Shown here: piece after piece, positions 52,783-64,000 of the stretch
Layout of the letters: each line of letters opens with the position of its first letter
Position numbering within the stretch: the stretch's first letter is position 1
Assembly: GCA_030248215.1 (NCBI GenBank)
Contig: JASANG010003092.1
Coordinates: 620,001 to 684,000 of the forward strand
From: Enoplolaimus lenunculus
Taxonomy: Eukaryota
Length of the DNA stretch: 64,000 nt
Direction of reading: 5' to 3'
Program-made: the position numbers and the translations under genes
Notes under the pieces: generated by a model
Database searches by the model: none
The model's input: only the letters and a program-made list of their open reading frames with translations
Told to the model about the DNA's origin: nothing

Positions 52783-53224
52783 CTGTAGTGACCCGAATAA
52801 GAAGGGGGCAGTAATAAGAGGGGGTCCCCATTTTGAGTCACAATCAATAGGAGTCCGTATCCCTAATAAGAGTCCGCAAGCGGATGGAGTCTCTGAACCC
52901 TAATTAGAGTCCATAAATGTCAATTATCCCTAGTTGTAATGCATAAATCACTCCAGGACCAAATATATAAAGGTGAGTTCGAAACAAAAGCGTACTTAAG
53001 TTTTGAAAGTAATTCCTAAGCACAACCTTGTATTATCGCTCAAGCTTTTGATACAAAACAAATAAACGTTAATTCAACGGATAGTTGCAATACCCGATCT
53101 ATATCAGTAAACTAAGGGTGGCAGAAGCTGGGTTGAAAATAAATAACAGTCCGTAACCGAATAACAAGGGGGTATCCTCTGGAGAGGCCAAATAAATATC
53201 ACCCCCTTATTCAGGTCACTACAA
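52783..53224 (+). mobile_element. Tc1/mariner-superfamily (Tc2/pogo-like) non-autonomous element, copy 2
   Basis: TA|CTGTAGTGACCCGAATAAG...CTTATTCAGGTCACTACAA|TA; homologous to 6723-7150. Confidence 0.8.
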
Positions 53225-53793
53225 TACAGATTTACGGTTGCCAGTGTTCTGTTCAACTTTAACTTGAGTTGAAGAGCACAGTTCGAATGCAAGTTGGCTG
53301 ACCGTTTAAATCCTATCATGATTGTTGACGAAGCTGAGTTGTGCTGAATGAAATGCATTTCATAAAAAGTGCTTATTTTGACTTTGTCATAAGCTGAATC
53401 TGACAAGAAATGCATCTGCTACTAAATTTTGTTTAAGTATAACTTTGCTAAACTCAAAGTTTACAAAGTCAACAGAAGCAAGAATTAGAGCAAAAAAGTT
53501 ATTACAAAGCCACAAAGCGCATACTTGTAAATATGTACAGAGTGCATTCTTATAATCCAGTTCACACAACAGGTTAAACCTAAAATAATGTTTAAAAAAT
53601 TTCATCTTCTATCACACTGTAATTTCCGGAGAGTTGATTTCAACTCAGAATATGTTGAATGCACTCAGAAGTCTGAGCTCTAAATTCGGTCGTTTATAAC
53701 TCATAATTCTGAATTGACTGAACTCATTCTGTGTTAATTAATCAACTCAGCCAGAATTAAATCTGCTCAGAGTGAGTTAATATTTAGCGTTAT

Positions 53794-54010
53794 GACCAAA
53801 GTGAAAAACAGGGGCGGAACAGTATTATAACCATATTCCTAAGCCTAAGCCTATGCCTATGCCAAAGCCAAAGCCTAAGCGTAAGAATGAACATATTCCT
53901 AAGCCTAAGCCTAAAGCCTAAGCCAAGCAAAAAAATGAAATTATATCTTAAGCTAATACTCTATTGCAGTCCCAAAGAAAAACGTTCCGCCCCTGATCTT
54001 TACATGGGAA
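53794..54010 (+). mobile_element. Telomere-repeat-carrying MITE (GGCC-TIR family)
   Basis: Same internal consensus (ACAGTATTATAACCATATTCC-TAAGCC arrays-CAAAAAA...GTTCCGCCCCTGATCTTTACATGGG); TSD AGCGTTAT vs AGTGTTAT (7/8). Confidence 0.85.
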
Positions 54011-56780
54011 AGTGTTATTTACGCAGAGTAAACCAGAAATAACAAATTCTCTCTCTGAGTTGAGTAATTGTCCAATAGGAATTAATATAGTACATAAAGT
54101 ATGCTGTGAGCAACTAAATGGAAACGGTATGAATCGTTTAAAAAATACTGGATCGTTAGATTTTCCTGTTTTGGTCTGAATGCTTGTTTCTGTTTTTATA
54201 GCTACATGCGTTTGTTTGCAATTAAATTTTCGGCTGAAAATTAGCGAAAATACAAGAAACCCTGCTTAAATATATGAGCAGAAATTGCGATTTTTCTTGC
54301 TTGAATTAGAAGCGAAAGCAGGCAGTTTGGCTAGCACTGAAACCGTGTGTCGGTCAATTTAACTTGGATTCAGAAAAACCACTTTGCCTCAAACACAGCT
54401 GTCATTAGGCAAAGACTCAGTAAACTACTTAGGCTTGCGAAAGCCTTTTTAACAGGCCTATGAGGGAAGTGTAGAAGAGCAGTACTGCAAACAATTACAA
54501 TTAGACCCAGTCTTCGAGACTCGATGAGTTTTCTTTAAGCTAAGCCTAATTTACGAATTCAAACAGTGTTGAATGTTAGCTGTTAACTTTTGGTTACCAC
54601 CCTGAGAATTCTTGCACTGGCCAGCTCTGGCTTGAGAAAATTGCCAAATTTCTGGCAAATTTATCTTAGACTTTCAGGTTATCGTATTATGAAATGGCTC
54701 GTTTGCTTAATTGAATAAAATGTAAACAGCTGGTGTTGTACGACTCTAAAACATTTGTGCAGCCAGTCAGCAGCTTCACTGTGCGCACACGTTTCCCAAC
54801 GGCACCTTGCTACTCACTGCGGCTAGAGTACGACTGCAGCTTTAACCGTCCGTTGAAGCATTATACGTAGGTTTTCGCTTACTACAGGCTACACTAAAGG
54901 TCGGTTTTAAAGACCTAAGTTGGGAAAATTTGTCACCAACTAAGCAAACACGACACACCAAATTGCTTCAATATTTCTGTAAGGGTTAAAACCTAGCAGA
55001 GTCTTCTTGCTGTCACAGCTATACGGCATGGTTAAATGCGTTCAAAAGAAACTTAAACCAACACTTGACATTAAATGTGTTGGCCAATCTAAAGAACAGA
55101 GCTGTAACAGCAGTATGAGTGCATTCCTAAGCCAAGCCTAAAGCCTAAGGTTGAGCCTTAGCGCTAAAATGAGAGTCAGTGTTAAATTCATTGAATAGGA
55201 TATGCCGAATTTTTCGCTATTGTAGTACTTATAGCTATTGTATTTTATTATAATTCTATACAAAAATATGTTCTGAAGTAAAATCACTAAGCATATTTAT
55301 ACGAAATTTGACACATATTACTTTAAGGGGCGTCCAGGTTCCGGTGCGTCTATAAAAGAGAAGGTTTAGATTCTAGATTACATTTTTTGTTTAGGCTCAG
55401 GCTTAGGCTTAGGCTTAGGAATTCATTTCTGCAAAGCTTAGGCTTAGGCTTAAGCTTAGGAATACGCTTAATCTACTCGCCCCTTAAACTAACATTGGCC
55501 CAAAATTTAATAGTATGGTTCGTATGAACTGCCCTCGTAGTTAGGCGTAGTCTTAGGAAAAAGCTTACTTGTGCCTAAACCTATTAAGTATATGAGCCAT
55601 TGCCTAAAACCTAATCTTAAGCGTGAACTAAATGCTCCAGAGTATAAATTCGACAGCCCACACTGTGAATAATAAATTCATCAGAAAAGAGACAAGCTTA
55701 TCATAAATTAAGAAAACTCATAATACACTCCAAAATATTAGGTTTTCGGTCGAATAGGTTGTTCTTGCTAAAACTCAGGGGCATTCAGTACTCTCAGTTT
55801 TGGCAATTTTCAGATTTTGGCGTAGCATTGCTGCTGTAATTGCGAAACCAAACTCTGTCTGCCTGTGTTTATAAAGAAGACCATGTGCACTTCTGTGCGT
55901 TGGTTGTTAAATATATATTTTTATTGCAGTTTTAAAACGTTGATTTTTTATTTGGCCTTCAGACATATGGTGTATTTACGTTTCGCTAAAGCAAACTTGA
56001 ATGCTGCGCGCTGCAATTAACAGCAATACTGTGCTATGTTACGTTACCAATATGCATTATGCAATAATGGCTAATAATTTTGTAACTTTAACAAAACATG
56101 GATTGGTTTTTGAGCAAGGCTGAAAGTCTCGTGCAGTATTTGACGTTTTGGCCTCTTGCAAGCTTCAGGCTTTAGGCTTAGGTTTAGGGTTTTAATCTAT
56201 AAATAAATATATAAATTTTGTACTAGAAAGCCAAAAGGTGGATGTCCATCTATCTACCGGTCGGACGAAAATCTGACGAACCGTTGAATAAATTTCAATA
56301 AATTTTTTAGTTTGACAGCTTATTATCGCTCAATGTTTGCTTCGCACCGCAAGTTTTAATTATTTTCGGTATATGATCAGTAAATGACTTAATGTACAAA
56401 GGCTTTCTGCCTACTTTACTAGCGAGTTTTTCGTCAAAATTGTAGCTGTGTAAAAATAATGGTCAAAATTGTTTAACTTAGCGGGCTTCCATATGACAGT
56501 GACTTGAGATCTATTTCAACCAACTTCCTCAATTGTGAAGAAGTTAAGATCATATTTTGTTCAATGTCTATTGCGTTTACGAAACGTTTCTTTGTATCTC
56601 AAAAGCCTTGCGACTATGTGACACCGCGTTTTTACAGACCCTATATGTACGCCCACGTCAGAAATTTCTAGATCCACCATTGCATTATGCTACGTATAGC
56701 TGCGCAAAGCATAGGCTGGACGTTCTGACAATCTGATTCACTTTAAATTAGTATCAGGTATGTTGCTGCTCAGAAATACT

Positions 56781-57000
56781 GGCCAATGTATAGAACAGGA
56801 CCGGAGCAGTAGCATAAGCATATTCCTATGCCTAAGCCTAAGCCTAAGCGTATACCTAAGCGGAAGGATAAGCCGAGCCTATTCCTAAGCCTAAGCCTAA
56901 TCCTAAGCCTAAACCGAAGCAAAGAAGTTAGTCTAAAGCTTAGAATAACTCTTTTACAGCCTCGCCGGAAAAAGATCCGGCCCTGTTCTATACATGGGCC
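56781..57000 (+). mobile_element. Telomere-repeat-carrying MITE (GGCC-TIR family), intact copy
   Basis: TIRs GGCCAATGTATAGAACAGGACCGGA ... TCCGGCCCTGTTCTATACATGGGCC; perfect 8-bp TSD GAAATACT (56773-56780 and 57001-57008); internal GCCTAA arrays. Confidence 0.9.
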
Positions 57001-57536
57001 GAAATACTGAAGTAGTGTTAAATTTTCTCAATCTCAGGTGTTAAGTTAAAACTTTTCGTTTTTTCACCAGCAATTGTGAATCTTACATCAAGATTATTGA
57101 TTCTCGCGTTAAACAAAATGACATTCGCACGTTTAACGATTCGCATAAAAATAAACCCTTTTAAACATAAGCCGGTGCCACAGCCCTGTATATTGCGAAA
57201 GTTCCACATATGTGCATCTACGGGTTACTGGTATTCCTTATTAAAACTAGTATCACTGGCTTTGCGCAATGCGCAAAAGTTTAATTAGCGAATCCATAAC
57301 AATCTGCTTGGCAATATTCGTTTCATAGAACAATCACATTTCTGTTCTGAGAAAATATTGTAAACAAAATAATGGTCGAAAGTTGTCCAAAATAAATACG
57401 CATGTGCGGCATTCCAGCTTTAACAATATAGATTTATTAACTGATCATTCAGTTTTAGTTTTTTAATAAATGTACATTTATATTCGAACATTCGTAGTAT
57501 AATTTTGAAGCCGTCCTCGGTCATAGCCTTTTAGCT

Positions 57537-60500
57537 ATGGCTCAAATTGTTGTGCTTTTGATATTCGCTGCAAGTTGTATAACTCTGCTTGGTAAGTTGC
57601 GTAACAAAATCAAGGTAAGTTTGAAAAAATAGACCTTAGTCGGACTTTAATATTTTTAAGAAACGCTGCTATATTTAACAACAAATCTCGTCTGCGATAT
57701 GGTAAATATATTACTAGATTTAACCATTTTCTACCAAACCAGATAATTAATAATCGGTCAACTATATAATCATATACTTCATACACTTTTAGGGTTGAGC
57801 CTGATAAAATCGGATAAAGTTAATAGATTAAAATAGTAGGCATATCCATGTTTAACGAGTTCGCTTATACTATTCATGTTCAAATGCTAATTGGATACAT
57901 TTACACATGTTCTACATTATGGGAAAATTTACACAACTTTACAAGGTAATTCAGACGGCTTTCTTTGCCTGTCGAAAGCCGAATTATAGTGTTAAATTCG
58001 GAAATATTATATGTTGGTACTATTTTTATATAACGTTCTGTTTTAAGTCTACTAGTGACAGCAGACATAACAGAAATAAAACTCGTCAGAGTCAATGGCT
58101 GGAGTCGCGGAATTTTTAAGTTTTTTCGGTTATCCCCACAGCCAGCGACGTTTTATAAAAAGGTTGGCTGTTGAAAATTTTTTGCATACTGGAGCTTCTC
58201 ATGAGCTCACCAGATCATTCCACACCCAAGTTTGTATTTTTGAAAAATTCGATTTTTAAGGTCACAAAGCTTTTCCATGTGATCTGAAAGATCTTTTTGT
58301 CAAAAAAGTTAAACAGATTATATACCATTTCTGACACAGCTTTCGGAACTGATTTGAATGGTGTTAAATTTTTCGCGATCAGATGTCTGGTTAACGAGTT
58401 ATTGTCAAACAACAGATTTGGTGCGCTCACTGCAAAAAATGGTGAGTCAAATTGACTGTCTCTGAAATAGGCTCTGCAGGACTACACAATCTAAGTCAAA
58501 TTCGTCTCAGCGTGAGTCAAACGCTCGACTCAGTGAGTTGGAGTTGACTCTGGTGGCACTTTAATGTACCGTACTTGCTGTAACAGTTTTCTCGTATTAC
58601 AGAAGCACGATACATTAATGTTCGAACTAAACGGCATCCCCATGGCCCCCTGGATGCATTGCCGGCATGGATTCCGCGGCCACAACAAGGTAAAGACCCA
58701 ACAAGTGGGGTGATCACTGTTGGCTATCAAGGACCCCTGACTACAGGCCGCAGACTTGAAATGACCGACGCAGACAAGAAATACGTTTATTCACCGGTGT
58801 CGGTTCCTACAAGTTTGTTGTTTTTAATATTTGTTTTTCAATGTTTATTTTTACAGGTATAACAGTATAGCCTAAGCATATTTTTTAAGATAAGCCTCAG
58901 CGCAAGGAAGGCGCAAAACTAAGTTTATACCACACCTTTAATTCCAAGCGGATAATCAGTCTAAACCCTTAGAGCCTATCTAAGCCAAAGTCTATGAGCC
59001 GAAGCAAAAAATTAGTCTAAAGCTTAAACCTACTCTATTGAGGTCTCGTTAGAATCAATATTTGAGGCATGAAAGATGCGTTTTTCATAACATTAAAGTC
59101 TTAAGCCTGAAAATTGTGTTATTAAAAGCTTACAATACAGTTTTTTTGAAATTTCAAGAAGTTAGTTTTGCTGGCCAATGTAAAGAGCAGGGGCGATTCC
59201 TAAGCATAAGCCCAAGCCTAAACCTAAGCGTAAGAATGAGCATATTCCTAAAAGCCTAAGCCTTAGCCGAAGCCTAAACCAAGCAAAAAATTAGTCTAAA
59301 GCTTAAGCTTACTCTTTTCTAGTCCCACAGAAAAACGTTCCGCCCCCGATCCAGCCTTTTTTGTTTATTACAAAGACTGAGTGTCTAACGCTTAAAGCCA
59401 GACAGAAATTCAAATTTAAACCTAAAAGAATAGTGAGTGCATTTAGTATTTTATATCTTTACTTTAATTTTCAGTTGCTTTAAAAACAATTAACTATTTA
59501 TACTTATTGCATTCGAATTAGTATTATTTTATAGTGCCTTTATTATTTCCGAACGATAAGCGGATCACAAATCCAATGTTTGTTCTTCCAAATCAACCAG
59601 CTTTTGCATATGGTCTGGATATACCAAGCAGTAAGCTTACATTTTACTTGCAGTCAACAAAAATCAGTGGCGGTAGGGGAGAGATTAGGGGATATACGAT
59701 GTCAGGGGAGATATGAGGGGATATACGATGTACCGAAATTTCTGGAGAGACAACACTAAAGGCTTCTGGATAACCTTCTGGATCACGGACGTCGAAAAAA
59801 ATTTCGTTTAGATATTAGGTTACGTCCTCTGGAACTGAAGTCCTGCCTACGCGTAACTGGGCAAAAATAATCTATATAAAACTGCTGTTAAACTTTTAAA
59901 TAAGATCTTAAGTTAAAAAATTCTATCCAAAGTTTAGTTTTGTTTCATCTCAGCTTCGTTAAGTTCACGGGGTCAAGCGGATGCAGAACGCGTAATAAAA
60001 ATACAAAGTATTGAAGAACTTTCTTTGCGACTAAAAACCTCATCGATTGATATTCCGTGTCGGCAGAATTTGAAGCAGCATTGTTTTTAGATAAAAGTAA
60101 CCACCATCAGGTTCGACATCAATAAAATATGCTTTACCACCACAAGGACAGTAGAAAACAGAGCTTCGTTAAGTTCACGGGATCAAAAGCGTGCAGAACA
60201 CGTAAAAATACAAAGTATTGAAAGAATTTGAGACTCAAAATCTCAGCTATTGATATTCTGTGTTGGCAGAATTTGAGGCAAAATTGTTTTTAGATAAAAG
60301 TAAGTACCATCATGTTGCCCAAAAACTAAACACGCTTTACTGGCGCAAAGACAGTAGTAAGATTGTTCGTATTGATGCGGACCAAGCAACCCCAAAAATT
60401 GGTCGTCGAAGTTTTGGATTTGGGACTAACCGATAAGGAAACCGATCTTTGATAAAGGTCAAGAAAGAGCAGGAGAACGTTAAAGCACGTCGCGAGAAAC

Positions 60501-61269
60501 ACACAAAAAATTTTTCTGAATTTATTCAGAAAAGTATTTTCTGTGGCAAATCTGAAAAGTTTTTCTGATTTCTAAGACAATTTTTATAAAAATAACAGGA
60601 AAACGTTTATTTTCCGACCTTATTTCAAAAGTTTTTTGAAAACTTTTCTGTTATGACGGAAATACTTTTCAAATACATCTTGCTAATCATATCCCTTAAA
60701 TGTAAGAAATTTTCTCTTAAATATGATAGATGTTATTTTGAGTGAAAGTGCACGCGAATACAGCGCATTTTTTGCACTGAGTGGCTTAAAATTACCGCAC
60801 AAAACAGCGTTTAGCTGCGCTAGCTATTCATTTTATAGTTTGTTCACTTACAAGACTTACAAAAAAAGAATGTTGTATGATGCAGTTTGAAACGTGAAGT
60901 GTTTAAAATACCGTTTTAAAGCGCGATCTTTCAATTGTTTTAGCGAGCAAAAATAGTTTTGATTTTGATCAAAAACTAACGTTTACCGTCGTTGACAAAA
61001 ACACGACTCGCTACTATCCATACACCGTTGGCAATAAGTTTCGTTGGACTGGCCAGTTATTTTCAACCAATGGAAAAATCGACACCAAATCCGATTTGAT
61101 CAAAGATTTGAACGTTATTGGGGCACAGTCGTATTATCAAATGGGCCGGTTACATCCGTTTCTAAGACGTCCGTCACATTATTCACCGGAAGTCTATCAA
61201 AATCCTGTATTGTCATCGTATATTGAACAAGAAAAACAGCATCCACATATTAATAATGCAAAAACGTAA
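57537..61269 (+). CDS. Uncharacterised secreted prepro-protein, 228 aa (signal peptide plus RTKR furin-type site)
   Basis: Exons 57537-57591 (G|GTAAGT), 58603-58812, 59535-59630 (A|GTAAGC), 60944-61269 (TAA). All three introns are phase 1 and join into one 687-nt ORF: MAQIVVLLIFAASCITLLEA-RYINVRTKR-HPHGPLDALPAWIPRP... TTTTAG lies 2 nt before the ATG (possible trans/cis acceptor). The last exon and the GTTTGT donor are less certain. Confidence 0.7.
59173..59350 (+). mobile_element. Telomere-repeat-carrying MITE, internally deleted and 3'-truncated
   Basis: GGCCAATGTAAAGAGCAGGGGCG start, GCCTAA blocks, and conserved AAAAAATTAGTCTAAAGCTTAAGCTTACTCTTTTCTAGTCCCACAGAAAAACGTTCCGCCCC tail. Confidence 0.8.
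59952..60358. repeat. Diverged tandem duplication, 2 x ~200-210 bp
   Basis: Both units begin AGCTTCGTTAAGTTCACGGG (59952, 60162) and share AAAATACAAAGTATTGAA, GGCAGAATTTGA, TTGTTTTTAGATAAAAGTAA, GACAGTAG. Confidence 0.9.
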
Positions 61270-64000
61270 CGATATTGCCAATGGCACATATATAGCATAC
61301 AGTAAAAATTGCGTTTCATAACATTTGTTAGCCAAATCCCCCGTCAAAAATTTCTGGTTTCGCTTCTGGCGCTGCTTAAGAATATTACATCTAAAGTTCA
61401 TGATAAAACATTAACCGCTTAGGGTGAAGCCAATCGTTCCGTGAAAACCAGCCTTTGTGCTGAAGTGGAGCCAATCCGTTAAACGGACCATGTACCCTGT
61501 AACGGTCTGTCTCACTAAGCCTGGGCGCATAAGCTTAAAATCCTAAATATAACACTAAACACAAGCATAAGACCTCCCATTCTCTAAGTCCCGCAGCCTT
61601 TCTGCCTTCCAGTAGAAATGCCTTTTTAAGTATTACATGGACGCGTTAAATAATGGCGCAAGGAAAAAAATTGTAAGGTAGGTACCTCATCATTGATTCT
61701 TAAAAATTTCTGAGGGAAAAATCGCAAAGTAAATCGAAAAGGACCTTATCATTTTTTCACAAAAAATTTTCTGAGGGGAAAAATTGTAAAGTAGGGATGG
61801 ACCCTACCATTTTAGGACAAAAACTTTTTGATGGAGGGTGTCCGAGTTCGGCTCCTTCTTTGTATACGCTGGTGGGCAGCGTGTGTGTCACTTTTTTTAG
61901 TTTTTGTATATTATATGACGCGTATAAATGGATTGTATTTCATTACCAGCAGGGGCTGATAATGACTCAACGGCGGGTCTCAAAATAGATTGATAATAAA
62001 TTTTGAGTTCAAATATAGTTCTATATACATTCTCAATTATTACTTTTGAAGCACGTTTCGACCCATGTATATATAGATCACGGGTGGGCGGTTGTTTCGC
62101 CGGACCTCAATTGTGAAAACTTGAGTTTTAGACTATTTTTTGCTTAGGCTTATGAATATGCTTATAGAAATCGAATAATTAACAAATCCAAGCTGCACAT
62201 TTGTCAATAATTTCAAATGTTGGCAACAACTTGCATTTTTACACTGTTTTATTACCATGAAATTTTAAAAATATACACAAAATCTAAAAGCATTTTATAG
62301 AACACAGACACAAACTAAAGCCGTTTTGCACAAGCTCGCTATCTAAGAGCACGTATACGATTAATGGCTGCACTGTACTTTTGCGTGACGTACAACGCCG
62401 CGCTGCGATTGTGAAAAGTACCGTCCAGTTCAGATCTGCAACTACGAAAGGTCGAGACGCAGGCTGCCTCTCCCCAAACGACCCGCGGGTTCTTTCGTGG
62501 AAGATTTTTTTTGACTGCCAACGATTAGAAAGTATTCCTTTCCTCCTCTGTAGACATCAACAAGTCACCCTCTGAAATGAGATTTCCTAGTGGTACGAAT
62601 GTCTTAGTTCTATGATAGAAAATGGACGGTTCTTATTTGAAAAGTTAATTAAAATCGTTGTTACGCGCTTAGACGGCAAACTATAGCATCTACGATAACA
62701 TATAGATATGAAATACAAAGGTGAACTGGTCATAGAGCGATGGTGAGACAAACGCTTATCGAACAATATCGCCTTCATTGCGAAGTTTAATTAATTTTTT
62801 TAGCCAAGACCAGTCAAATGCGTTCCTTTTTACCAAAATCAGGATCGCAACAACGAGGAGCGACCTTGCTCAAAATTCAACCATGTTTACTTGCCCCATC
62901 AAGAAAATGTTCTGGCTTCGTTTGCAAAAATTTCATGGTTGCGAGCTTCGAAACTTTTTCATGTTTAAAGCGTTTGATATACGCTCAAGTATGCGAATTA
63001 TAAGATGCGCACATGCAACAGTTCGCTAGTTTGGAAACTTATCGTTAACTGGTCATAGGTGCTATACACAGTTGAGAATATGGGTCCTGGTTGCAAGCCT
63101 GATTGCACGAAGCAGTTAACAGTATCGCGCAGTGAAGCTTGTGCAAGCAGCCGCAAGCTCTCTTTCGTGCGGTTCAAAGTTATGCAATTTCCACAAAACC
63201 ATGCGTACACTAGGTGACTTTTGATTTGACTGCGATGAACATTGAAGCCAAAAAGCTTCAGTGTTCAGCGCACTGAACCAAAAAAGCTTAACCAGTAATT
63301 AATTGGTGTTCTACTTATCCAAGAATACAAGTCATGAATAGCGGAACTTTACGCTAAGCATAACCGTAGCCAGCTGACCTTGCTAGGGGGCTAAAATTTT
63401 TTCGGAAGAGTATACAAAGGTTTTCGTTGACTTTACAATCGAGGTTGAAAATTCGCTAGGGGGGAGGCAAAATTTGTCTAGGTGAACTCAGCCCAAATTG
63501 CCCCCCTTTCGCTGCGGGCCGACACTGAGAGCCAAACATTTATACAATAACATTAATACATAATTGATAACTGAATTAATCAACAACTTGGCCCTCATGT
63601 TATCAATTCAAAACAACAAAACCACATGAACAAAGCTTTAAACTTAAACAAGCTTAGGTTTGATATATTTGGTGTAAACGCAGGTAAAGCGAAAATGCTG
63701 AAATCTTGGGTTGGCCAAATTTTTGAGTTTATCAATTGCATCAATTCATTATACCAGTTACGGATAAATTATAAAGTGTTTAGAAATTTAAAATACCTTA
63801 TTAATTTTATCGTTATTTTGATAAAATACCTCTGAAATGACCGTTACTTAAATTAATAGCTGTGACCCTGAATAAACGAATTATGCAAAACCGAATCGCT
63901 TCCACCTTATTAAAACACAGTTTCTGTCCCTGTTTTTGTCGATTGAGTTCCCCCCTGCTAGTTCGAAACGCTGTTTTGTTGCTCTGCCAATTACTGACGG

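Noticed and set aside
9716..57536. Nematode operon of four co-oriented genes
   Set aside because: Intergenic gaps of 5-19 kb are far larger than typical operon spacing; no other evidence.

Overview
AT-rich eukaryotic genomic DNA, most likely from a nematode. This is inferred from abundant TTAGGC telomere-type repeats and TTTTCAG/TTTTAG splice acceptors; species not identifiable. Manual splicing with GT-AG and phase checks gives four + strand multi-exon genes. (1) The 3' part of a probable Lbc-family RhoGEF (ARHGEF18/28/AKAP13/Cysts-like; 191-9715, including a 35-nt micro-exon). (2) A PRC1/Ase1/MAP65 microtubule crosslinker (28935-34108, 536 aa). (3) A 12-exon Patched-related SSD/RND protein (39915-52485, 1282 aa) with a ~300-aa Asn-rich cytoplasmic loop. 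(4) An unrecognised 4-exon secreted prepro-protein (57537-61269, 228 aa) that the ORF track shows only as fragments. Introns and intergenic DNA are packed with short non-autonomous DNA transposons. The most striking is a MITE family with GGCC termini and 8-bp TSDs that carries arrays of the telomeric repeat TTAGGC. Also present: hAT-like, Tc2/pogo-like and CACTG-ended MITEs, tRNA-like pseudogenes and a 14-copy 99/102-bp intronic satellite. No database searches were possible, so family calls rest on recalled motifs.
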